A stretch of DNA of 64,000 nucleotides from Mobula hypostoma (Eukaryota), in NCBI RefSeq assembly GCF_963921235.1, contig NC_086097.1, forward strand, positions 206,648,001 through 206,712,000. Direction: 5' to 3'. Below are positions 1 through 11,497 of the stretch, piece after piece. Under the pieces are notes generated by a model. The model was not told the DNA's origin, ran no database searches, and saw only the letters and a list, made by a program, of their open reading frames with translations. Position 1 is the stretch's first letter. Each line of letters opens with the position of its first letter. The position numbers and the translations under genes were made by a program.

Positions 1-888
1 CAGGAATCTGTCTTACACTAGAATTACTCTATTTCAACCTTTAATAATCACCTAATATTCAAACTGACATTGCTTTCACATTTTAGTAGATGAAGTGGAG
101 TCTTTTTTTTAACTTTCATAGAGAATTGGTCACATTGCTGAGAATATAATGAAGTCCTTGTAGCAAGTTCCCTCATGCCTGAGACTCTAGTGGCTTTGAT
201 TCTTAGCATATTGAACAAACTAAATAATGTGATATTGCTAGTCATACTTTAAAAAAGTAAACCTTATATAAGTTTCTGACCAATCTTAAGTACCAACTAT
301 TGTTCTGTAAATTACATAAAATATTTTTTTTAAATTGCAGGTAGCACATAGCTTGACTTCAAATCATTATAGGACTAAACTATGCTGCTTGGTTGAAAAC
401 TACTAACGAATAGACAAAATTCTGTTGACAGTTTGATATGTTCTTATTGATGTAGAAGCACAAAAATTTAAGATATTTCACACCTCATTTAACGGTCCCA
501 ATGATACCTCATTATGACCTTTCCATAATGTGACCTCATAGCAAGGCTGTGGAACAGTTGCAATGTGATCAGTTCAACAGGGTAGAATCAGACATGAGGA
601 GGCACAAAGACAAAGATTTAACAATAACTATACCACATCCAAGGTGGACGATAAGCACAATGTATTCAGGATCAACTTGTTGATTGACAATTTCCAGTTT
701 CCTGATCCCAAACCAATTTTTATTTATTTTTTGATGATATTTTTATTATCATGGATATGTGTTATGAGTTTGCATCAACTCTCATCAACTCAATTGACAG
801 GATTGAGTAACTGGGACAACATTTTTGAAAGGATCACAACAATAAACTGCCCGCACATCAGTGAGTATTATCAATAATGAAATAACTG

Positions 889-1385
889 CAGTCACAGAGT
901 CATAGAGCACCATAGCAGAGAAACAGGTCCCTCAGCTCATCTAATCCATGCCAAACTATTATTCTCTCTAGTCCCATTGACCGCTTCCTGGACCATAGCA
1001 CTCCATAACCCCCATTCATTTACTTGTCCAAGCTTCTCTTAAATGTTGCAACCAAAGCCACATCTACCAGCTTGTTTCATGCTCACACCATCTTCTGAGT
1101 GAAGAAGTTTCCCCTCAGCTTTCCCTTAAATACTTTTCTTTTCACCTTCAACCTATGACCTCTAGTTCTAGCCTGTCCAACCTCAGTGGGAAATCCTATT
1201 TGCATTTACTCTATCCATATCCCTTAAAATTTTTTCTGCCTCTATCAAATTCCCCCTCATTTTCCTACCCTCCAGGGAAATAAAAGTCCTAACCTATTCA
1301 GTCTTTCCCTATATTCCAGGTCCTCAAGTCCCAGCAATGCCCTTGTAAATTTTCTCTGTACACTTTCAATCTTTTTGATATCTTC
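889..1385 (-). mobile_element. CR1 LINE 3' fragment
   Basis: Antisense of the CR1 ORF2 C-terminus and 3' UTR (gaagaagtttcccctc..., cagagtcatagag tail); resembles 62130-62635. Confidence 0.8.
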
Positions 1386-2179
1386 CCTTTAAGGGAATTT
1401 TTCAAAACAATATTGTATATATAAGTGCAAGCACAATTATGATACTGAACTGAGTATCATGCTGCTTTGATAAACTGATGTACCAGACTCTACTAATTCA
1501 CAGCCTTCAGTAAAGGATGTTCTATTAATAGTTCTGATATTTTCTTTCCAAATGCTAACACAAAAGAGCCCTCACTATCACAAATATTAAGTAATATTCA
1601 TCACAGCAAACATAGTCTTGGGCCTATCGAACACATTAAATTAGCAAAACATTAATTTTCCTTCATTGAAATCCATTTGCAATCAGTTGCTGATTTCTGA
1701 TAACATTCCAGAAATTTGCTACCTTTATATATGAGCATGTTTCCTTATCCCTGTCCTTAGAGAATTTAACCAAATCATGCCAACAGCTTGCCATACCACT
1801 TCCAGTTGGCTTTGTCGCATTCTTTTCTAATGGGCTATATTGTGCTTCATTGGTTTGCCACCTGTACTCTCCTACATTTTGGGGAAGGGCCACAGTGCGA
1901 GTTCCCATACTAATACATTCAAACAAACCCAAGATCTTCTTCCTGTCGAATGATAAGTGTCCTATCACTCCAACTCCATATCACCTCCTACAATACCACA
2001 ACAAAAATAAATCTGACTGTACAAAAATCACATTTTATGTTGCCAATCTTTTCTCTTAAGTATTTCTGAGAATTCCCTCATGTCATTTTTTAAAAACTTG
2101 CGGGATTCAGAGTTATTCCTACATTGAGAGTGAAAACGAAAGACCTCAGTTTCAATACTATCAACAATTCTACAAGCAA

Positions 2180-2392
2180 TAACAATTTAAAAATATTCCG
2201 TTTAACTTCTGAGGAATTTAGCAAATGCACAATCCACTTATAACATTTCTAATTTGGTTTTAGGATATTAAGGGACTGAAGGGATGAGAAGTTAGCACAA
2301 GAACATGGTGTGAAAATAAACTTCAGCTATGATTTTATGGAATGGTTGCAGAGATATAAACCTACTCCTGCTTCTATTTCTTCTGATGTTAT
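2180..2392 (+). mobile_element. Old degraded CR1 3' end
   Basis: cagctatgattttatggaatgg...cctactcctgcttctatttctt matches CR1 3' UTRs elsewhere in the window. Confidence 0.55.
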
Positions 2393-2699
2393 AACTCTAA
2401 CACTGTTAGGAAGATGGAATTAGAGTTTCACAGGTATATTTCAGGACAGATAGAAGCAACAGGAAGCACGATCACTGCTCCCTAGCATCCTTCTGGCCAA
2501 TGTACAGTCTTGGAGAACAAGATTGCTGTATCAGATGGAAATCAGGGATTGCTGCATTCTGTGTTTCCATGAGAAAAGGTTCACTCCCTACACTCCGGCT
2601 GGACACCATGCTCCAGCCAGAGGGGTTCCCAATTCACCAGATGGACCTGACAGCACTGTCAGGAAATGACAGAGGCTCAATGACAAACTGCTCTAAAAA

Positions 2700-2920
2700 G
2701 CCATCTCATAGGTATTCAACAAATTCACTCTCTTGAACACCGTTAGCAACCTTTTTTTTCCCAATCGATAGGCATGTTAAAATCTCCCATGACTACCATA
2801 ACATTGCCCTTTTGACCGGCCTTTCTATTTCCTATTGTAATCTGTTGTCCACATCCCAGCTATTGTTGGGAGGCCTGCATATAACTGCCATCAGGATCCT
2901 TTTACCCTTGCGGTTTCTTA
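2700..2920 (-). mobile_element. CR1 endonuclease-region fragment embedded in the Rex1 copy
   Basis: Minus translation LRNRKGKRILMAVICRPPN matches CR1 APE region (cf. ELRNNKGAVTLMRLYNRPP in 15239-15562). Confidence 0.65.
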
Positions 2921-4080
2921 AAGAGAAAGGCATGAGGGAGGTGGTCATTGGAGGCAGAGGAGTGGCTACTGGACTTCTTCGAGTCACTGGCCTGGGCCAT
3001 GCTGAAGGGCTCACCAAAGGGCCTGAATGAATATGCTATGGTTAGTACAGATTAATAAAGACATTGGTGGATGAGTGTATCCTAACAAAATCATTCAGCA
3101 TCTTCCCCAACCAGAAGCTCTGGATGAACTAAGAAAGCCGAAATCTGCTGAGAACTAGATCAGTGGCATTTAGGATTGGCGATCCAGGTAAGTACAAGAT
3201 GTCCAGGTATGACTCCCGGAAGGCATCCATCTCACATGCAATGTTGCAATCCTGCACTAAACCTGAATCATAAAAGGATGCTTGACAACTATGGCAGGAC
3301 TGGAATGCCAACACCTCCGACAAGGCAAACCAATCAACATCAGTAACAACAAGGTTTCACTCCCAGGTGAGCTCAATGCCTTTTATACTCACTTGCACTG
3401 AGGGAACGTGGAGGAACCTTCACAAACCCACACAGCCCGTGATTACCGTGTGATTTCAGACTCTGAGGCCAACATAAGAGCATCCTTCAGGAGAGCTAAT
3501 CCACGAAAAGCATCTGGCCCAGGCAGTGTACCTGGCTGAGTATTGAGGACCGGTGCTAATCAACTGGCTGGAGTGCTTGCAGACATCTTCAACCTCTCGC
3601 TTCAGCAGTCTGGGCTACCCATCTGCTTCAAGCAGGTTTCATTCTTACTGGTGCCAAAAGGAACAAGGTATCCTGCCTCAATGACTGTGATAAAGTGCTT
3701 TGAGAGGGTGATCATAAAGCATTTAAACTCCTGCCTGAGGAGTGATTTGGATCCACTTCAGTTTGCCTACTGCCACAATAGGTCAGCAAAAAACGCCATT
3801 TCATTGGCTCTTCACTCAGCTCTGGGAAACCTGAATGGTGAAGATGCATAAGGTCTGGATGCACCTCATTGACTACAGCTCAGCATTCAACACTATCATT
3901 CCCTTGAAATTAGTTACTAAGCTCCAAGACCTAGGCCACAATATTTCGTCTGTAACTGGATCCTCAAATTCCTCCAGTTAGTACGGATTAGCAACAACAT
4001 CTCCTCCACACTCACCATATGCACACATGTGCCACAAGGCTGCTTACATAGACCCCTGATTTGGCACATTATACCTATGA

Positions 4081-4128
4081 TTGTGTGGTTAAGTACACCT
4101 CCAAAGTTGTGTGGTTAAGTACACCTTC
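4081..4128 (+). repeat. Local tandem duplication, 26-nt period
   Basis: ttgtgtggttaagtacacct occurs twice, 26 nt apart. Confidence 0.85.
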
Positions 4129-5518
4129 ACAGCAGCTTCACACTCCACATCAGCAAAACCAAAGAGCTGAATATAGACCACAGGATGAAGAAACTAGATG
4201 TCTGTGAGACAGAACTCATTAAGGGAATGAAGGTGGAGAGTGTCTGTAGCTTTAAATTCCCTGATGTTAACATATCCGAGGATCTGTCTTGGGATCAGAT
4301 GCTATCACGAAGAAGCAACAGTGGCTCTGCTTTCTTAGAAGTTTGCATAGATTTAGCATGTCACCAAAAATTTAGACAAACTTCTGTAGATGCACAATGG
4401 TGAGTGTTCTAACTGGTTGCGTCACAACTTGGCATGGATACACCAATGCCTAGGAAAAGAAAGGACTACAGAAAATGATGGATGCAGCCCACTCCATCAC
4501 AAGCAAAGCCACCCCCACCACTGAGTATATTTACCTGGATTGCTGCCACAAGAAAGCCACATCCATCATCAATGATCCATACCATCCAGGCCATGTTCTC
4601 TTCTTGCTACAGCCACTGGGACTACACCTCCATGTTCAGGAATAGTTATTACCCTAAAACCATCAGGCTCCTGAACTGGTGTGAATAACTTTACTGACCA
4701 CAACTCTGAACTGATGCTAAGACCTATAGAATCACTCTTTTACAACTCATATTCTCAGTATTATTATTTTTATTTGAACTGTTTGTCTTCATTACACATT
4801 GGTTGTTTGTCAGTCTTCGTTTATGTGTAGTTTTTCATAGATTTTATTGTACTTCTTTATTTTTCCTCTAAATGTCTGCAAGTAAATGACCCTCAAGGTA
4901 GTATATGGTAACGTATAAGTACTTTGATAATAAATATATTTTGAACTGAACTTAGGCAATTCCCATTATTTTGGGATTCAAGAAATATCCTACAAAGGGT
5001 AGAAGAGACTGACACAAATATACGCGACCTGTTGAGAAGATTACTAGTCTATCAGCCGAGCTTTGTATGAAGCAAATGAAATACTTATGTGAAATAGAGT
5101 TCAAGGTCAAGAAATAACGAGACATGTAAGTGTCAATATATTTCACTCCATATTTTAGACATACAGTGTATATATACAGAATATAACATTATTTCTCTGA
5201 TTTAAGGATATGGTATTCTTTTCTACATTTTAATTGTTACCTCCTGTGAAATGGGCACAAATATAGCATGTTATATAAACTAGAAATATATACTAGCTCA
5301 AAGTAAATAACCAACACTTTCTATGGGCTTCTTAAAGACTTTAGAGACAGTTATGGTTTGCACCTCCATTGTTTTCACTTACCCTACAATTAACTTAGAT
5401 AACTGTAAGTACTTAAAAGGGCTCTCAACAGCTACAAAGGGAAAAGTGTGTACCCACAGTTCTTTCTCCACGCAATAAATACATTGGGAAGGTTCCTCAT
5501 TTGACCTGCAGTACTCAC

Positions 5519-5554
5519 CAATTCTCATGTTTAGGACTGGGCAGTCGGGAACAG
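5519..5554 (-). other. Candidate 36-nt cassette exon of an unidentified gene
   Basis: Minus strand: tgctaat..gtttttttttcag|CTGTTCC...AGAATTG|gtgagta; length divisible by 3; two open frames. Confidence 0.35.
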
Positions 5555-6312
5555 CTGAAAAAAAAACAACTGCCATTAGCAAAGGGTTCCATTTCCAACC
5601 CTGGTGAAAGCTGAACATGCTATTTGTCAATAGAAACACACAATATAAAAGTGAACTCCTTTAACGGTAAGTTGATCGAAGCATATTTGTCAATGTTTAA
5701 GAAAATATGCACCCTACCTTAGAACTATTGCCACCAGACTCAAATAAATGAACGAGTCCAGTAGCACTCTTAATTTAGCAATAATGCATAATGTTTTGTT
5801 ATATTGATAATTTATCTCATTGATTATTTTATTACTTACATTCTACTTCTTCTTCCTTTTGTACCAATATTGATTATCTTTGCTTTTCAATTTCTTGCTG
5901 ACTGGTTCTGATGGTGACCGTTCAGAGTTCACATTCATGCCCATTCTCTGCTTTACCTTAGTTTTTAGTTTCTTTTGTTCTTTGTGCTTCCTCAGTAATG
6001 GAGTCTCAGCATTTCCTCTCAGTTCAGTTTATTGCCAGCAATATTATTTGTCTTGTGGACTCATTTATTTGAAATGCAGGGTTTCAAGTGCATGCCAATC
6101 CAACAAAGTGAGCCTTGCAGTTTTTTTTAAAAGGCATTCAATAGAATGCCTGGCATGTGTTCTTTTGGGTGTTGCTCCTCAAACTTAACATATCGGTATC
6201 ATCCAAATCCACTGCCTATTCCATGATATATAATTGGTCTCTCTTGTACATTTTCATTATTCATAACATTACAACTTTTTAGTTTTGTTTTCCTCAATAT
6301 GCAAGCCCACAG

Positions 6313-6356
6313 GCAAATGAAACAGTGTTCATAACCAACCACAGCGGAGATGACAA
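6313..6356 (+). other. Candidate small exon (44 nt, or 51 nt from 6306)
   Basis: T-rich tract ...cccacag|GCAAATGAA...GATGACAA|gtgagt; one open frame ANETVFITNHSGDD. Confidence 0.2.
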
Positions 6357-7487
6357 GTGAGTGTGCCAGAAATTGATTTAAAATGTTTACATATTCAAAT
6401 GCCAATTGCCATGTGTCATTGCCAGATAGAATGCAGCCTTTGTGCTGGACAAGCACACAAACTCTAGTAGTGCCAGAAATGCTAACAGTAATTATAAAAT
6501 GCAATGGCTCTCAATCTCTTTAGTTGTCAGTTAACCTTCTGTTTTCCTTTCAATTTTGATGCAAACTTCCGTAATTAAGATATAGTTGGTTTCTGTCACT
6601 ACATCATTCCAATAGGTACTGGCCAAGGTTTCTGTTTCTTCCATCTTCAGTATGTAATACTTTTCTCAGAACTCACAATAGAACCTGTTTCAGTACTGTC
6701 TGTAGCTCTATTTTTGAGAAAAGCTGGTTCCAACTACACAGAAAGAAACAAAATGTGTACGCTTCCATAAATGTTCATTAAGAAGTGAGTTTACCAAGGC
6801 TAAAATCTTAACATCTCTTGTCTGTCAGAAATGGGGACAGTAAAAAAAAAATCGCAAGGAAATCCAAATACCTGGAGTAGCTCAGCTATATGTCAGGTGT
6901 AGAGCTTCATATTGTTCTAATGATTACTGTAATATTATTGATCAACTAATTGGAATGCATTCTATCAAACGCATTGATCTAAATTCTTAGTGTTCTGTGC
7001 CATCACTACAGCTACATTATGAAATAGGAGGATTGCTTTTCACTAAGTAGACTTTCAATTATCCAACAGTTTCAAAAACATGCAGTAGGAAGGAACACAT
7101 ATATGTATGTACAGCTTATGAGGAAGATGTAAATTTTGAGTGCCTTTCTTTGAATGGTATTTGAAAGCCATGGAGAAGTTACAGGGGAGATTATGAGAAG
7201 AGACATACTTTGATTATGAAGTTGCAATAAAGCAACAGAGTTTTTCCTCTTGAAACAAAAAGCATTTAACTGACCTTGATCAGAGATGTTCAAAATCATA
7301 AATTATTTTGCTAAAATAAATTAAAAGAAAACAAACCTGTAACTCAAAGTAATAAATTTTAAATTGACACCAAAAGTATAAAGGGAGAGGTGACAAGAAT
7401 TTTTCTATTGCTTCAAAGTGTGTTGCAAGGGAATGAAATGCCCTACCAAGAATCACAGTGAATCAGAATGCTTCAGAGTTTTTAAAG

Positions 7488-9875
7488 AAAGAACATAGAA
7501 CATAGAACATAGAAAAGTACAGCACAGTACAGGCCTTTCGGCCCACAATGTTGTGCTGAACCTCAAACCCTGCCTCCCATATAAGCCCCCACCTTAGATT
7601 CCTCCATATACCTGTCTAGTAGTCTCTTAAACTTCACTAGTGTATCTGCCTCCACCACTGACTCAGGCAGTGCATTCCATGCACCAACCACTCTCTGAGT
7701 AAAAAACCTTCCTCTAATATCCCCCTTGAACTTCCCATCCCTTACCTTAAAGCCATGTCCTCTTGTATTGAGCAGTGGTGCCCTGGGGAAGAGGCGCTGG
7801 CTATCCACTCTATCTATTCCTCTTATTATCTTGTACACCTCTATCACATCTCCTCTCATCCTCCTTCTCTCCAAAGAGTAAAGTCCTAGCTCCCTTAATC
7901 TCTGATCATGATGCATACTTTCTAAACCAGGCAGCATCCTGGTAAATCTCCTCTGTACCCTTTCCAATGCTTCCACATCCTTCCTATAGTGAGGTGACCA
8001 GAACTGGACACACTACTCCAAGTGTGGCCTAACCAGAGTTTTATAGAGCTGCATCATTACATCGCAACTCTTAAACACTATCCCTCGACTTATGAAATCT
8101 AACACCCCATAAACTTTCTTAACTACCCTATCCACCTGTGAGGCAACTTTCAGGAATCTGTGGACATGTACCCCGAGATCCCTCTGCTCCTCCACACTAC
8201 CAAGTATCCTGCCATTTACTTTGTACTCTGCCTTGGAGTTTGTCCTTCCAAAGTGTACCACCTCACACTTCTCTGGGTTGAACTCCATCTGCCACTTCTC
8301 AGCCCACTTCTGCATCCTATCAATGTCTCTCTGCAATCTTTGACAATCCTCTACACTATCTACAACACCACCAACCTTTGTGTCGTCTGCAAACCTGCCA
8401 ACCCACCCTTCTACCGCCACATCCAGGTCGTTAATAAAAATCACGAAAAGTAGAGGTCCCAGAACAGATCCTTGTGGGACACCACTAGTCATAATCCTCC
8501 AGTCTGAATGTACTCCCTCCACCACCACCCTCTGCCTTCTGCAGGCAAGCCAATTCTGAATCCACCTGGCCAAACTTCCCTGGATCCCATGCCTTCTAAC
8601 TTTCTGAATAAGCCCACCGTGTGGAACCTTGTCAAATGCCTTACTAAAATCCATATCGATCACATCCACTGCTCTACCCTCATCTATATGCCTGGTCACC
8701 TCCTCAAAGAACTCTATCAGGCTTGTTCGACACGATCTGCCCTTCACAAAGCCATGCTGACTGTCCCTGATCAGACCATGATTCTTTAAATGCCTATAGA
8801 TCCTATCTCTAAGAATCTTTTCCAACAGCTTTCCCACCACAGACGTAAGGCTCACTGGTCTATAATTACCCAGACTATCCCTACTACCTTTTTTGAACAA
8901 GGGAACAACATTCGCCTCCCTCCAATCCTCCGGTACCATTCCCGTGGACAACGATAACATGAAGACACTAGCCAGAGGCTCAGCAATCTCTTCTCTCGCC
9001 TCATGGAGCAGCCTGGGGAATATTTCGTCAGGCCCTGGGGACTTATCTGTCCTAATGTATTTTAACAACTCCAACACCTCCTCTCCCTTAATATCAGCAT
9101 GCTCCAGAACATCAACCTCACTCATACTGTCCTCACCATCATCAAGTTCCCTCTCATTGGTGAATACCGAAGAGAAGTATTCATTGAGGACCTCGCTCAC
9201 TCCCACAGCCTCCAGGCACATCTTCCCACCTTTATCTCTAATCGGTCCTACCTTCACTCCTGTCATCCTTTTTTTCTTCACATAATTGAAGAATGCCTTG
9301 GGGTTTCCCTTTACCCTACTCGCCAAGGCCTTCTCATGCCCCCTTCTTGCTCTTCTCAGTCCCTTCTTAAGCTCCTTTCTTGCTTCCCTATATTCCTCAA
9401 TAGACCCATCTGATCCTTGCTTCCTAAACCTCATGTATGCTGCCTTCTTCCTCCTGACTAGATTTTCCACCTCACTTGTCACCCATGGTTCCTTCACCCT
9501 ACCATTCTTTACCTTGCTCACCGGGACAAATTTATCCCTTACATCCTGCAAGAGATCTCTAAACATCGACCACATGTCCATAGTACATTTCCCTGCAAAA
9601 ACATCATCCCAATTCACAACAGCAAGTTCTAGCCTTATAGCCTCATAACTTGCCTTTCCCCAATTAAAAATTTTCCTGTCCTCTTTGATTCTATCCTTTT
9701 CCATGATAATTATAAAGGCCAGGGAGTGGTGGTCACTGTCCCCCAGATGCTCACCCACTGAGAGATCTGTGACCTGACCCGGTTCATTACCTAGTACTAG
9801 ATCTAGTATGGCATTCTTATGGTCAGCCTGTCCACATTCTGTAACAGGAATCCATCCTGGACACACTTAACAAAT
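7488..9875 (-). mobile_element. Young 5'-truncated CR1 LINE (copy A)
   Basis: 617-aa + 137-aa ORF2 in one frame separated by one stop; SPGPD, YRPVSLTS, QHGF, DFSKAFD, GVPQGS, FADDT motifs; (catagaa)n tail at 7490-7515. Confidence 0.97.
7563..9866 (-). pseudogene. CR1 ORF2 reverse transcriptase, 5'-truncated, single nonsense codon at 8013-8015
   Basis: ORF track 8013..9866 and 7563..7976 share a frame; TAG stands where copy B has TAC (Tyr). Confidence 0.93.
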
Positions 9876-10339
9876 TAAAAGAAGAGAATAAATAATTCAA
9901 AAATAAAATTTATGAGGGACAAGGAAAGGCAGAAGAATGGTGGTAAGACTCTAAAGAAATAAAAACATTGAAAGAATCTGCAATAAATTTCAATTTCTTC
10001 CCCAAAATCTGATAACTTATCCTTTTTTGTTTGTAAGACTTTCTGTGCTCAAATCAGCAGTTTCATTTGACAATTATGAACTTTCCTTTCTTTTTCTAGT
10101 TAGATTAGTTTTGGAAAATGATTGTAAACTCTGACTCAACAGGTATGTCAAAATATTTCTCTCCATGGCTTAATGACAATTAAGTTTTGGAGAAAGCCAT
10201 TAGTCCAGTTTGTTACTCAACTCTCGCAGATACCATACTGTATACAAATTTCTTATATAGATTGCACTGAGTTAATCAAAAAAATTATCCCAGTAACTTT
10301 GACCCTGGATATAATGAATAACTTTGATAGATGTAAAAG

Positions 10340-10640
10340 GTCTAGTAGGAGTACAAAAATCACAGAGGTATAGCACCGAAACAGACCCTGCGGCCTACAA
10401 TATCTGTACTGATCAAGATGCCAAATTAAACTAATTCCTTCTTCCTGCACATGATCCATATCCCTTTATTCCCTGTATATTCCTGTGTCAATCTAAAAGC
10501 TTCTGAATGCCACTATCATATCTATTTCCAACACCAGCCACGTTTTATATAGAAGTTCTGCCCTATGTTTTTCCATCTAACCATATATTTGACATTTCTT
10601 TCCTGTGTGTAAGATTCTGGCTGTCTACCATATCCATGCA
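10340..10640 (-). mobile_element. CR1 3' fragment, degraded
   Basis: atagcaccgaaacagaccc...tccatatccc pattern shared with other antisense CR1 tails. Confidence 0.6.
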
Positions 10641-11497
10641 TATCATAGAACATAGAATATAGAACGTAGAAATTAGAACACAGAACACAGGGCATAGAAG
10701 AGTATAAAACAAAAACAGGCAATTTGGCCCACAATGTTGTGCTCAACCAGTTAAAACGTAAGTCAAATATACCCAGACATCAATCCCTTCAAACTATACC
10801 ATGTCCATATCTTTTCACCTTCCTTATATCCATGTACCTATGAAAACATCTCTTAAAGTCTCTAATGTAGTTGCCTCTACCACCAAACCAGGTAGCACAT
10901 TTGAGGCATCCACAGCTCTCTGAGTAAAAGCCTTGCCCATCTACCCCCTCTCACCTTCAATACATGCCTTCTGGGGTATTTCAACCCTGGGAAACAGATA
11001 CTCTCTGTCTACTCTATCTATGACTCTATCAGATCTCCCCACAGCCTCCAACACTTCAGAGAAAACAACACAAGTGTATCCAGCCTCTCGTGATAGCACA
11101 TGCCCTCTAAACCAGGAGGCATCCTGGTGAACCTCTTCTTCACCTTCTCCAAAGCCTCAACATCCTTCTTATAGTGGGGGTGACCAAAAATGTACACAAC
11201 CAGAACTGCAACCAGGTGTGGCCTAGAAAGAGTTTCATAAAGTTGCAACATAACCTCCTGAATTTGAACCCAATGTCGCGACTAATAAAAGCAAATATTC
11301 CATAAGCCTTCTTAACCACCTTATTGACTTGTGAACTTAGGTCCCAAGATCTCTGCTCAGCAACACTGACCTTGCCCTTAACAGTGAACTGTCCCCTTGC
11401 ATTTGCCCTACCAAGGAGCGACACCTCACATTTATCTGGGTAAAACTCCAGCTGTCATTTCTCTGCCCATATCTGCAACTGATCTATATCGTGCCAT

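Larger units (their letters stand above)
2440..4950 (+). mobile_element. Rex1/Babar-type LINE, degraded
   Basis: RT remnants LADIFNLSLQQ, KCFERVI, DPLQFAY..NRS..AISLALH; 3' tail aataaa...ttgaactgaact; homologous to 33573-35915 and 54655-57155. Confidence 0.85.
7150..9960 (+). mobile_element. Old CR1 3' fragment split by a young CR1 (pieces ~7150-7487 and ~9876-9960)
   Basis: Degraded CR1 C-terminal/3' UTR-like sequence continues on both sides of the insertion. Confidence 0.5.

Noticed and set aside
8160..9648. Plus-strand ORFs of 93-130 aa, mirrored on the minus strand at 11521-13009
   Set aside because: Antisense shadows of CR1 ORF2; duplicated only because the two CR1 copies are near-identical.
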